From Candidatus Nealsonbacteria bacterium (lineage in GTDB: Bacteria > Patescibacteriota > Minisyncoccia > Minisyncoccales > UBA6532): a stretch of 64,000 bases of DNA. Position numbers and translations under genes: made by a program. Under the pieces are notes generated by a model. That model made no database searches. It was not told the DNA's origin and saw only the letters and a program-made list of their open reading frames with translations. The stretch covers positions 1,548-65,547 of the forward strand of contig JACPLN010000002.1 of NCBI GenBank assembly GCA_016186485.1, in the 5' to 3' direction. Positions 25,645-33,947 of the stretch are shown piece after piece (within the stretch, counting starts at the first letter, position 1; every line of letters starts with the position of its first letter).

Positions 25645-26878
25645 AAATATCAATTTAGCGCAAAAGGGGAAACTAGAAGTAGAATGGGCTGAGGAAAATA
25701 TGCCCGTGGTGACGAATATCAGAAAGAGGTTTTTAAAAGAAAAGCCGCTGAAGAATGTTAAAATTGCTTGTTGTCTTCATGTTACTAAAGAAACAGCGGT
25801 TCTGGTAAAGACCCTAAAAAGCGGGGGAGCTAAAGTTTCTCTGGCAGGCTCCAATCCTCTTTCAACGAAAGACAGCGTAGCCGCCGCCCTAGCCAAAGAA
25901 GGAATTTCAATATTTGCCTGGAGGGGGGTTGGAAACAAAGATTATTACTGGGCCCTGAATAAGGCTTTGGATATAAAGCCCCAGATCACCATGGATGACG
26001 GTGGAGATTTGGTGAGTCTGATTCACTCCAAAAGAAAAGAACTCATTAAAAAAGCGATTGGCGGCACAGAAGAAACAACTACGGGAGTGATAAGATTTAG
26101 GGCGATGGAAAAAGAAGGGGCCCTAAAATATCCCGTTGTCGCCGTAAACGACGCTTATTCAAAATACTTGTTTGACAACAGATATGGTACGGGCCAGTCA
26201 ACGATTGACGGAATTTTAAGAGCTACTTCAGTTTTGATCGCAGGAAAGGATTTTGTCGTAGCTGGGTACGGTTGGTGCGGCAGGGGAATAGCCTTGAGGG
26301 CAAAATGCATGGGGGCAAGGGTTGTAATCACCGAAGTAAATCCAATAAAAGCCCTGGAGGCAAACATGGACGGATTTTCGGTTTTGCCGATGACAGAAGC
26401 CGCCAAAGTTGGCAATATTTTTGTTACCGCCACGGGAGATAAAAACGTTATAAATAAAAGACACTTTTTATTAATGAAAAACGGAGCGATTTTAGCAAAC
26501 TCCGGCCATTTTAACGTGGAGATAAATATTAAGGATTTAGAGAAACTGGCAAAAGCAAAAAAGAAAATCAGGGAAAACGTAGAAGAATACCAGCTTAAAA
26601 AAAAGAAACTTTATCTGCTATCCCAAGGCCGGCTCGTCAATCTGGCCGCAGCCGAAGGGCATCCTTCGGAAGTAATGGATATGAGTTTTGCCGTTCAGGC
26701 ACTGACCATAGAATGGTTAGCGGGTTTAAAGAAGAAACTGTCTCCAAAAGTTCATAACGTTCCTAAAGAAATAGACGAGAAGGTCGCCAAACTAAAACTG
26801 GAGGCTTTAGAGATAAAGATAGACAAATTAACTAAAGAACAAAAAAAGTACTTAGAAAGCTGGAAAGAGGGAACTTAA
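25631..26878 (+). CDS. ahcY: Adenosylhomocysteinase
   Basis: [25 protein letters not shown] and the NAD motif [10 protein letters not shown]; the short (archaeal-type) 415-aa form. Confidence 0.9.
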   Translation: MFKVKNINLAQKGKLEVEWAEENMPVVTNIRKRFLKEKPLKNVKIACCLHVTKETAVLVKTLKSGGAKVSLAGSNPLSTKDSVAAALAKEGISIFAWRGVGNKDYYWALNKALDIKPQITMDDGGDLVSLIHSKRKELIKKAIGGTEETTTGVIRFRAMEKEGALKYPVVAVNDAYSKYLFDNRYGTGQSTIDGILRATSVLIAGKDFVVAGYGWCGRGIALRAKCMGARVVITEVNPIKALEANMDGFSVLPMTEAAKVGNIFVTATGDKNVINKRHFLLMKNGAILANSGHFNVEINIKDLEKLAKAKKKIRENVEEYQLKKKKLYLLSQGRLVNLAAAEGHPSEVMDMSFAVQALTIEWLAGLKKKLSPKVHNVPKEIDEKVAKLKLEALEIKIDKLTKEQKKYLESWKEGT

Positions 26879-26880
26879 AT

Positions 26881-26997
26881 ATGAAAAACTACTCATCTAA
26901 GAGAGCAAAAAGAGGAAAATTAGCTTATAGGACTCCGGACCGTTTTATTTACCGAAAATGGCAAAGAACAACAAAGGATAAGGCCAGAGCTAAATAA
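26881..26997 (+). CDS. Hypothetical 38-aa basic micro-protein (MKNYSSKRAKRGKLAYRTPDRFIYRKWQRTTKDKARAK)
   Basis: Hand-translated. The ATG lies 2 nt after the ahcY stop, with a GAGGGA SD about 9 nt upstream. It overlaps the convergent elp3 stop by 8 nt. Confidence 0.3.
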   Translation: MKNYSSKRAKRGKLAYRTPDRFIYRKWQRTTKDKARAK

Positions 26998-28612
26998 TGC
27001 GCTTTACCATATAAGTATCTTTGAGTTGGTACCCCAGTTTTCTGAAGTAGGGACGAGCGCCCACGCCCGCAATAACGGCAATTTTTTTTAGGCCAGACTC
27101 TTGTTTAGCTATTTTTTCCGCCTCTTTCATTAGTTTTTTCCCCAGGCCCTTGTGCTGGGGGGATTTTGACAGGGCCGGGCCTTGGCCAATAGGATGGACT
27201 TGGCCATAGGTTTGGATTTCCCTGATAATGGCGCTATCCTTTAACGTCTGGAAAGATAGCGGAGGTTGAACCTCCGCTGGAACTCTTAATCGCAAGAGAG
27301 AAAACAGTTTAGTTCGGCTTTTGTTCTCAAAGCTTAAGAATATTTCTCTTCCGCCGGAGGCTTCGTAGTTCTCTCTAAAAAGATATATTTTTTCTTTTGG
27401 ATTGTAATCGCCCTTAACTTCTCGGCACCTGATGCATTTACAGCGCCAGCCTTCTTTAATTTGATCTTTGGCTAAATCTTGCCTAAGACTGACCGCTTTA
27501 GCGCCCCCCTCTGTTATTTTTGTGGACGGTATGTCTCTTATAACCCTTTGGATTCTGCAGTAATAAGGAATTTTCTTTTTTGCTTCTTTCAACAGTTCTC
27601 TCAATTCGTCAACATTGTATGGCTTGTACCCGATTTTATCTTTGACCCAATACAAAGGAGCTTCTTTCAACAAGGCGCAGGGGTAAATTTTCAACTGGTC
27701 CGGCTGGAAATTGAGGTTTTGAAACAATTCTTCAAACATCTTTTCATCTTTTTCCAAATTAGAACCAGGGAGATTGGGCATCATTTGGTAGCAGATTTTA
27801 AAGCCGGCATCCTTTAGCAGCTTTGTAGCTTTAATGGTTGCATCAATTTTATGGCCCCTGTTATTCAAATCAAGAACGTTATCATATGTGCTTTGCACCC
27901 CAAGTTCTACTCTGGTTACTCCCAACTTTCTTAATCTCTTAATTTCTTTAATGTCTATATAGTCGGGTCTTGTTTCTACGTTTACCCCGATTATTCTGCA
28001 TTTTGCGTTTTCATTAGCTTTTTGAAGTTTTTCTAAGTTTTCAGTTTTTAGTTGTAGTTTTTTGTTTTTTGTTTTTTGTTTTTTGTCGTAATCGTTGCAC
28101 GCCTCAAAGCACCTTTTAATAAACCAGGTTTGATATTTCTTGGGGTTGTAAGACCAGGTTCCTCCAATTATTCTTAAATCAATCTTGTCTATTGGGTGCC
28201 CGGTGTTTTCTAGCGCTTTTAATCTGTTTTGAACCTGGAGGTAAGGATCAAATTTATTTGCTAAAGCCCGCATTACGGCCGGCTCCCCATCCAAATAGCT
28301 TTTAGGAACGCCCTTCTGGGTTGGGCAGAATAGGCACTTCCCTCCGCAAGGATAAGGTCTTGTTAGGACAGATACGACTATTATGCCGGAAAGAGAACGT
28401 ATTCCCCTTGTTTTTAAAAGGTTTTCCAATTTAGCACTGGGCCCCATCATTCCTTTTTCAACTAAATTGTGATATTCTTTTAGAAGTTCGGTATTTGTCA
28501 GCAAAGGAATCCCATATTTTGCGGAAACCTTTCTTTTGAACGATTCCAAAGATTCCCTGGTTTTAAAACCGGCCTTTGCCAATTCTTTAATTGCCGCGTA
28601 TTTTATATCCAT
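26990..28612 (-). CDS. elp3: Elp3-type radical-SAM / GNAT acetyltransferase (tRNA U34 cm5 modification enzyme homolog)
   Basis: The radical-SAM cluster motif YPCGGKCLFCP, a TIM-barrel core (VELGVQS), and C-terminal GNAT HKGLGKKLMKEAE...GARPYFRKLGY. The start is taken at ATG 28612 (MDIKY); the ORF track extends to 28651. Confidence 0.85.
   Translation of the reverse strand: MDIKYAAIKELAKAGFKTRESLESFKRKVSAKYGIPLLTNTELLKEYHNLVEKGMMGPSAKLENLLKTRGIRSLSGIIVVSVLTRPYPCGGKCLFCPTQKGVPKSYLDGEPAVMRALANKFDPYLQVQNRLKALENTGHPIDKIDLRIIGGTWSYNPKKYQTWFIKRCFEACNDYDKKQKTKNKKLQLKTENLEKLQKANENAKCRIIGVNVETRPDYIDIKEIKRLRKLGVTRVELGVQSTYDNVLDLNNRGHKIDATIKATKLLKDAGFKICYQMMPNLPGSNLEKDEKMFEELFQNLNFQPDQLKIYPCALLKEAPLYWVKDKIGYKPYNVDELRELLKEAKKKIPYYCRIQRVIRDIPSTKITEGGAKAVSLRQDLAKDQIKEGWRCKCIRCREVKGDYNPKEKIYLFRENYEASGGREIFLSFENKSRTKLFSLLRLRVPAEVQPPLSFQTLKDSAIIREIQTYGQVHPIGQGPALSKSPQHKGLGKKLMKEAEKIAKQESGLKKIAVIAGVGARPYFRKLGYQLKDTYMVKRII
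28056..28087. repeat. Heptanucleotide tandem repeat (GTTTTTT)x4 on the plus strand, (CAAAAAA)-type on the elp3 coding strand
   Basis: Read directly as AGTTTTTTGTTTTTTGTTTTTTGTTTTTTGTCG. It encodes the KKQKTKNKK segment of Elp3. Confidence 0.85.
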
Positions 28613-29303
28613 GAACAAAGAATACGCCGAATATCTTTTAAATAAGACCACTCAAGATTATAACCTGATTGCCGAGGATTTTTCAAGCAAGAGAAAAGAG
28701 CCGTGGCCAGAAATCAAATTCTTATTTGATAATTATATAATACCCGGAGAAAAAGTTCTGGATTTAGGATGCGGCAACGGAAGATTTTCCGCATTTGTTA
28801 AAGATAAAAAGGCTGATTATTTCGGCACAGACGCTTCCGAAAGATTAATTGCAATTGCGAAAAGAAACTATCCGGGGGTCAGTTTCCAGGCAGCCGATGC
28901 TTTTAATCTTCCTTTCCCAAGTAATTTTTTTAATAAAGTTTACATTATCGCAGTTCTTCACCATATTCCCTCAAAAGACAAAAGGCTCCGGTTCTTGGAC
29001 GAAGCTAAGCGGGTGTTAAAGCCAGGAGGCCTGTTGGTTCTGGCGGTTTGGGAACCGCACGGATTGAATGAGTCGTTACTGCTGTTAAAATACGCGATTT
29101 TTAAGCTATTGGGCCTGTCCAAACTGGATTTTGGCGATGTTTTTGAACCTTGGGGGAAAAAAACAAATCGTTATTACCATCTTTTTTCAAAAAAGGAGTT
29201 AATATCTTTGCTCAAAGAAGCGGGATTTAGGGTTTTAGAAAACGGAATAGTAAAAAACGAAAGGGGAAACCGCCGAAACATTTATTTGGTTGTTCAAAAA
29301 TAA
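28611..29303 (+). CDS. Class I SAM-dependent methyltransferase, Trm9/ALKBH8-like
   Basis: YNLIAEDFSSKRKEPWPEI, VLDLGCGNGRFS, IIAVLHHIP, LKPGGLLVLAVWE and DVFEPW. By eye these are collinear with yeast Trm9 (recalled from memory). Confidence 0.8.
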   Translation: MNKEYAEYLLNKTTQDYNLIAEDFSSKRKEPWPEIKFLFDNYIIPGEKVLDLGCGNGRFSAFVKDKKADYFGTDASERLIAIAKRNYPGVSFQAADAFNLPFPSNFFNKVYIIAVLHHIPSKDKRLRFLDEAKRVLKPGGLLVLAVWEPHGLNESLLLLKYAIFKLLGLSKLDFGDVFEPWGKKTNRYYHLFSKKELISLLKEAGFRVLENGIVKNERGNRRNIYLVVQK

Positions 29304-29378
29304 GCCCCCATAGTTTAATGGATATAACGTGGCCCTCCGGAGGCCAAGATCTCCGTTCGAATCGGAGTGGGGGCACCA
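29304..29378 (+). tRNA. tRNA-Arg (anticodon CCG), CCA encoded
   Basis: Acceptor GCCCCCA/TGGGGGC, anticodon arm TGGCC-CTCCGGA-GGCCA, T arm CTCCG-TTCGAAT-CGGAG, discriminator A, then CCA. It starts on the nucleotide after the upstream TAA. Confidence 0.9.
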
Positions 29379-29426
29379 TACTTCGCTAAAACCTCAAAGG
29401 GCGAAGCAATAAAAAACCACCTTTGT

Positions 29427-31664
29427 TTATTGGGTGGTTTTAAAGACATCGTCTTTGGTGATTCCTTTTACGGATATTCTTTCGATTATTTCAGGGGTTA
29501 TTTCCAGGGTTTCCTTTTCCCTTATTTCTTTTGCCAAAAAATCAAGATCTTCCTTATGCTTTTGAATTATTTTCTTTGCCGTATTGTAGGCAAGGTCAAG
29601 TTTTTCTTTAATAACCGCATCCATCTCTTTAAGGGTTTCCGGTGAAAGATCTTTTATTTTAATCGATTGTCCGAGGTAGCCGGGACCAATCTGGTCGACA
29701 AAAATCCTCTGACCCAATCTATCTGTTTCCATCCCAAGGACCATTACCATTTGTTCGGCTAACGAAGAGGCCTTCGCGTAATCATCATGAGCGCCGCTGC
29801 TAATTTCTCCGGTCATTATTTCTTCGCCGATTCTACCGCCGAATAACACGCAGAGCAGGGCATTATATTCTTCTTTCGTCTGAATGAATCTCTCTTCTTT
29901 ATCTAAGAATTGATTATACCCGCCAACACCTTTGGTGGTGGGAATAATGGAAATTTTTTTAAGTAAGGGGACATCAATACCTAGCTTTTGTAAAATTATA
30001 GCTACCATAGCATGGCCTCCCTCATGAACAGAAAGCCGCAATTTTTCTTTTTCATTAAGCATAAGACTTTTTCTTTCAGAGCCTACAAGCAATTCTTCAA
30101 TTGCCTTTTCAAAATCTTCCATTTCTATCTCCTTTTTTCTTACCATGCCCGCTCTTACTGCGGCCTCATTGGCAATATACATTAGGTCAGCCCCCGTGGT
30201 TCCAGTTCTCGTTAGGCGAGCTACTTTCTCCAAATTTACAGATGGCGCCAGTTTCTTTGATTTTGTATGGATTTTTAATATTTCAACCCTGCCCTTAATG
30301 TCTGGAGTGGGCAATACAATCTTTTTGCTGAATCTGCCCGGCCTCAGAAGAGCAATATCAATGTTCTCTGGCTTATTAGTAGCGCCCAAAATTATAATTC
30401 TAAGATCAGAACCAACCCCGTCAATTTCTTTTAATAACTCATTAATGGTGTTGTTGTATTCGTTTTTAGCCCCTCCCATATCAGCATCTAAATTACCCCT
30501 TTTGCCGATAGCATCGATTTCATCAATAAACAATATCACTCTGCCGTTTGTTTTGTTTGCAACCCTCCTTGCTTTAGTAAATAATTCTCTGACTTTTTTC
30601 GGTCCAGTTCCAACAAATATTTCTACAAATCCCGATCCAGAAGAATCTATAAACGGCAGATTGCTTTCCCCGGCAATGGCTTTAGCAAGAAGAGTTTTAC
30701 CAACGCCAGGAGGACCTTCAAGAAGAATGCCTTTTGGCAATGCCGCTCCCAGAGATTTGTAATGTTCGGGTGATCTTATAAAATCAAGAACTTTTTCTAT
30801 TTCCGCCTTGGCTTCGTCTATGCCAGCCACATCGGTAAGGCCAATAGCGGGTATTTCAAATTCTATCTTATCTTCTTTTGACTCAAGATGACGATTAAAG
30901 GAAACTAGGCTAATCAGAAAGCATGCCCATGTCCCTGCGGCTGATATAAGAAAGAACCATCTATTCCAAAAATTGCTTTCGTTAACCTCTTGGGAGGTTA
31001 TCTGCCAGAAGGCAACATTGTTGTCTGTCAGGTCTTTAAATATACCATCGGAAGAAAGGAGGTCTGGTGAAACCGGGGCAACAAAATAGCCGCCGTCTGT
31101 CAATTTTCCAAATACAAATACTGGCAATAAACTATTTTCTGCCATCCCCGAACCCCTTACCGTAATTGTTTCTTTTGCCAAGATAATATTTTCTGTTTTG
31201 TTGGCTCTAATTATTTTTAATAATTCGGGATAACCGAGAAAAGCGTGTTGAATCGGTTTTGTGGCCAACATTTCCTTGTTTGTTTTCACCAAAATTTTCG
31301 CTTTAGACAAAAATCCTACAGCATCATTATTGGTTGACGGCTTATTATCTTCGGCTAGGGGCTTGAGGCTTATGTATTCTATATTTCCCCTTGAAGCCAA
31401 CCGCACTACATCGTTATAAGAGATTTCCGGGAAAACCATATTATCGGGCTCCGAAATAACCCTCCAGGATCCTATTGCCGTGAGGGCAGTAGCTAAAATG
31501 ATTAGAATAATCAGGACCCATCGGAACTTTCTTTTAGACCGAAGGGCGCTTAGTTTTAGATAGTTGGTAATTTCTTTTCTTGGTCTTAATCTCGATGTCA
31601 CTTTATACACCTTTTCAATGTACTTATTTCTTATAGCACAACTATTTATTTTGAAAAATAGCAA
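29427..31664 (-). CDS. ftsH: ATP-dependent zinc metalloprotease FtsH with an enlarged extracytoplasmic domain
   Basis: Two TM helices about 170 aa apart, AAA GPPGVGKTLLAKAIAGES / ILFIDEIDAIG / ATNKPENIDIALLRPGRF, and the zinc motif HEGGHA. TTG start, or an internal GTG. Confidence 0.9.
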   Translation of the reverse strand: MLFFKINSCAIRNKYIEKVYKVTSRLRPRKEITNYLKLSALRSKRKFRWVLIILIILATALTAIGSWRVISEPDNMVFPEISYNDVVRLASRGNIEYISLKPLAEDNKPSTNNDAVGFLSKAKILVKTNKEMLATKPIQHAFLGYPELLKIIRANKTENIILAKETITVRGSGMAENSLLPVFVFGKLTDGGYFVAPVSPDLLSSDGIFKDLTDNNVAFWQITSQEVNESNFWNRWFFLISAAGTWACFLISLVSFNRHLESKEDKIEFEIPAIGLTDVAGIDEAKAEIEKVLDFIRSPEHYKSLGAALPKGILLEGPPGVGKTLLAKAIAGESNLPFIDSSGSGFVEIFVGTGPKKVRELFTKARRVANKTNGRVILFIDEIDAIGKRGNLDADMGGAKNEYNNTINELLKEIDGVGSDLRIIILGATNKPENIDIALLRPGRFSKKIVLPTPDIKGRVEILKIHTKSKKLAPSVNLEKVARLTRTGTTGADLMYIANEAAVRAGMVRKKEIEMEDFEKAIEELLVGSERKSLMLNEKEKLRLSVHEGGHAMVAIILQKLGIDVPLLKKISIIPTTKGVGGYNQFLDKEERFIQTKEEYNALLCVLFGGRIGEEIMTGEISSGAHDDYAKASSLAEQMVMVLGMETDRLGQRIFVDQIGPGYLGQSIKIKDLSPETLKEMDAVIKEKLDLAYNTAKKIIQKHKEDLDFLAKEIREKETLEITPEIIERISVKGITKDDVFKTTQ

Positions 31665-31771
31665 AAAAAATGTTGTTATTCATTTTTAACCCGACCTGCC
31701 TTGTTGAGGCAGATTTTTATTTTGCTATAATAAATTAGTAAAAGGTCGTTCGATGAAATTTTAATAATAAA

Positions 31772-32041
31772 ATGGCAGAAGATATTAAACCAAAAGAAGG
31801 AAAGTTAATAGGCAAGGTATCTCACTATTTTGGCAATATTGGGGTGGCCGTTCTTGAACTGACAGACAAGCTAAAAGAAGGGGATACTATTAGAATTGCG
31901 GGCGGAGAAACCGATTTTAACCAAATCGTTGACTCAATGGAGGTTGAGCACAAAAAGGTGAAAGAGGCCAAGCCCGGTGATTCTGTTGGCATGAAGGCGA
32001 GCCAGAAGGTTAGGGAGGGATACAGGGTATACAAACTATAA
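31772..32041 (+). CDS. Small beta-barrel protein resembling translation-factor domain II (elongation factor-like protein)
   Basis: IGKVSHYFGNIGVAVLELTDKLKEGDTIRI...GDSVGMKA has an EF-Tu domain-2-like pattern. The assignment is tentative. Confidence 0.55.
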   Translation: MAEDIKPKEGKLIGKVSHYFGNIGVAVLELTDKLKEGDTIRIAGGETDFNQIVDSMEVEHKKVKEAKPGDSVGMKASQKVREGYRVYKL

Positions 32042-32065
32042 ACTTCTAATTTCAAATTTCTAATT

Positions 32066-32524
32066 ATGGGGGAGTTTTTTGCTAACCCGGAAATTAAAAT
32101 TTTTTTGCAGATTCTTTTAGCCGCGCTCTTGGGCGGAATTGTTGGGATTGAGAGAGAGCATAAAGGTAAAGAGGCCGGATTAAGAACGTGTATTTTGGTT
32201 GCAGTAGGGGCAACCCTATTTACGACTATTTCTTTAAGCGCATTTAATTCCTATATTGGCATGTCCGGCGTCAGTTTTGACCCTTCAAGGATAGTCGGCC
32301 AAGTTGTCTTGGGGATTGGTTTTATTGGAGCAGGATTGATTATTCACAGGGAGCATCGCGTTGAAGGGTTGACTACCGCCGCCGGCATTTGGACCGTGGC
32401 TGCAATTGGGGCCGCAGTCGGCGTTAAGCTTTATATCCTAGCTATTCTTTCCACGTTTTTAATAGTAGCAATTCTAACCGGTTTGCATCTGATAGAAGAA
32501 AAAGTTTTTAAGACCAAATCCTGA
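32066..32524 (+). CDS. mgtC: MgtC/SapB family membrane protein
   Basis: LLAALLGGIVGIEREHKGKEAGLRT plus 4-5 TM helices. Confidence 0.8.
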   Translation: MGEFFANPEIKIFLQILLAALLGGIVGIEREHKGKEAGLRTCILVAVGATLFTTISLSAFNSYIGMSGVSFDPSRIVGQVVLGIGFIGAGLIIHREHRVEGLTTAAGIWTVAAIGAAVGVKLYILAILSTFLIVAILTGLHLIEEKVFKTKS

Positions 32525-32526
32525 AA

Positions 32527-32811
32527 ATGAAAGCTAGGGTTCATATATTTGTTTCGGGCAGGGTGCAGGGAGTTCTTTTTCGCTACACCGCAAACATAAG
32601 AGCAAACAAGCTTTTGATTAAAGGCTGGATAAGGAATCTGAAAGACGGCAGAGTAGAAGCTGTTTTTGAGGGAGAAAAAGAAAACATTGAAAAGATGCTG
32701 GAATGGGCTCGCATAGGCCCGTTTTTTGCAAAGGTAGAAAAGATTGACATAGAATGGCAAGAGCATAAAGGAGAGTTTAATAATTTTAAAACCGAAAGAG
32801 GGTCTCAATAA
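32527..32811 (+). CDS. acyP: Acylphosphatase
   Basis: VSGRVQGVLFRYT and GWIRNLKDGRVEAVFEG, the two acylphosphatase signatures. Confidence 0.85.
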   Translation: MKARVHIFVSGRVQGVLFRYTANIRANKLLIKGWIRNLKDGRVEAVFEGEKENIEKMLEWARIGPFFAKVEKIDIEWQEHKGEFNNFKTERGSQ

Positions 32812-32812
32812 A

Positions 32813-33931
32813 ATGTTAAAGTTCATAAAAACTTTTTCCGTCTTCGTTGGCACGATAATTGGAGTTGGGATTTTCGGATTGCCGTACGTGGCATTAAAAG
32901 CCGGTTTTCCGACAACTCTGATTTATTTGCTGTTTTTGTTTCTGATTGCGGTTTTTTTGCATATCATATATGGAAAGGTTGCCGTGGGAACAAAAGAGCT
33001 TCATCGTCTCCCGGGATACGTAGGAGAATATTTGGGACCCGCCTGGAAAAACCTTTCTTTTTTTATTATCGGCCTGGGTCTGGTTGGGGCCCTATTGGCG
33101 TATTTAATAATCGGCGGAGGATTTCTAAATTCTATTTTCAGCTCTTATTTTGGAGGGAATTTTTTAATTTATACCCTTTTTTTCTTTATATCGGGCAGCT
33201 ACCTTATTTTTCGGGGAATAAAAGCCATCTCCTTGATTGAGCTTCCCATACTGGCCGCTTTTTACACCATTCTCGCTCTGTTTTTTTGGAAGGCCCGGCC
33301 TTTTATTGACCCGAGTTATTTTAAGGGCGTAAACTTGAAGTTTTCCTTCCTTCCTTACGGCCCCATTCTTTTTTCTCTTTGGGGGTTGTCGGTTATTCCC
33401 GAATTGAAAGAAATGCTGGAGGGCAGAATGGAAAGTCTTAAAAAGGTAATAATCGCAGGGATTTTGGTGTCAGCCGTTACGTATCTCGCATTTATCTTTG
33501 TTGTTTTTGGATCTTCCGGCCCCCTTACTTCCGAAGACGCAATTTCCGGCTTGGGAAATATTTTTGGGAGCAACACGATAAAGCTGGGATTTCTTTTCGG
33601 CGTCTTCACCGCTTTTGACTCTTTTGTTATTCTGGGCCTAACGCTTAAAAAGATTTTCCAGTATGACTTTGGCGTTTCCCATAAGACCGCTTTTTTGCTT
33701 ACTATTTTAATGCCGCTGGCCTTGTTTTTAGCCGGCATCCGAAGGTTTATTGACGTTATCGGTTTTACCGGAGCCGTAGCAATCGGAAGCGAAGCTATAA
33801 TAGTAGTATTTCTTTACAGGGAGTTTTTAAGAAAAAAGTTTTCCCGAGAAATGAGCATTTTTTATTATTTTTTGCCTATTTTCTTCGTTTTCGGAATTAT
33901 TATTGAGTCCTTTTATTTTTTCTCAAGGTAA
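32813..33931 (+). CDS. Amino-acid permease-like polytopic membrane transporter
   Basis: About 11 hydrophobic segments and the N-terminal GTIIGVGIFGLPY motif typical of aromatic/amino-acid permeases. Confidence 0.7.
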   Translation: MLKFIKTFSVFVGTIIGVGIFGLPYVALKAGFPTTLIYLLFLFLIAVFLHIIYGKVAVGTKELHRLPGYVGEYLGPAWKNLSFFIIGLGLVGALLAYLIIGGGFLNSIFSSYFGGNFLIYTLFFFISGSYLIFRGIKAISLIELPILAAFYTILALFFWKARPFIDPSYFKGVNLKFSFLPYGPILFSLWGLSVIPELKEMLEGRMESLKKVIIAGILVSAVTYLAFIFVVFGSSGPLTSEDAISGLGNIFGSNTIKLGFLFGVFTAFDSFVILGLTLKKIFQYDFGVSHKTAFLLTILMPLALFLAGIRRFIDVIGFTGAVAIGSEAIIVVFLYREFLRKKFSREMSIFYYFLPIFFVFGIIIESFYFFSR

Positions 33932-33947
33932 CTTATACTAGAAAGCG

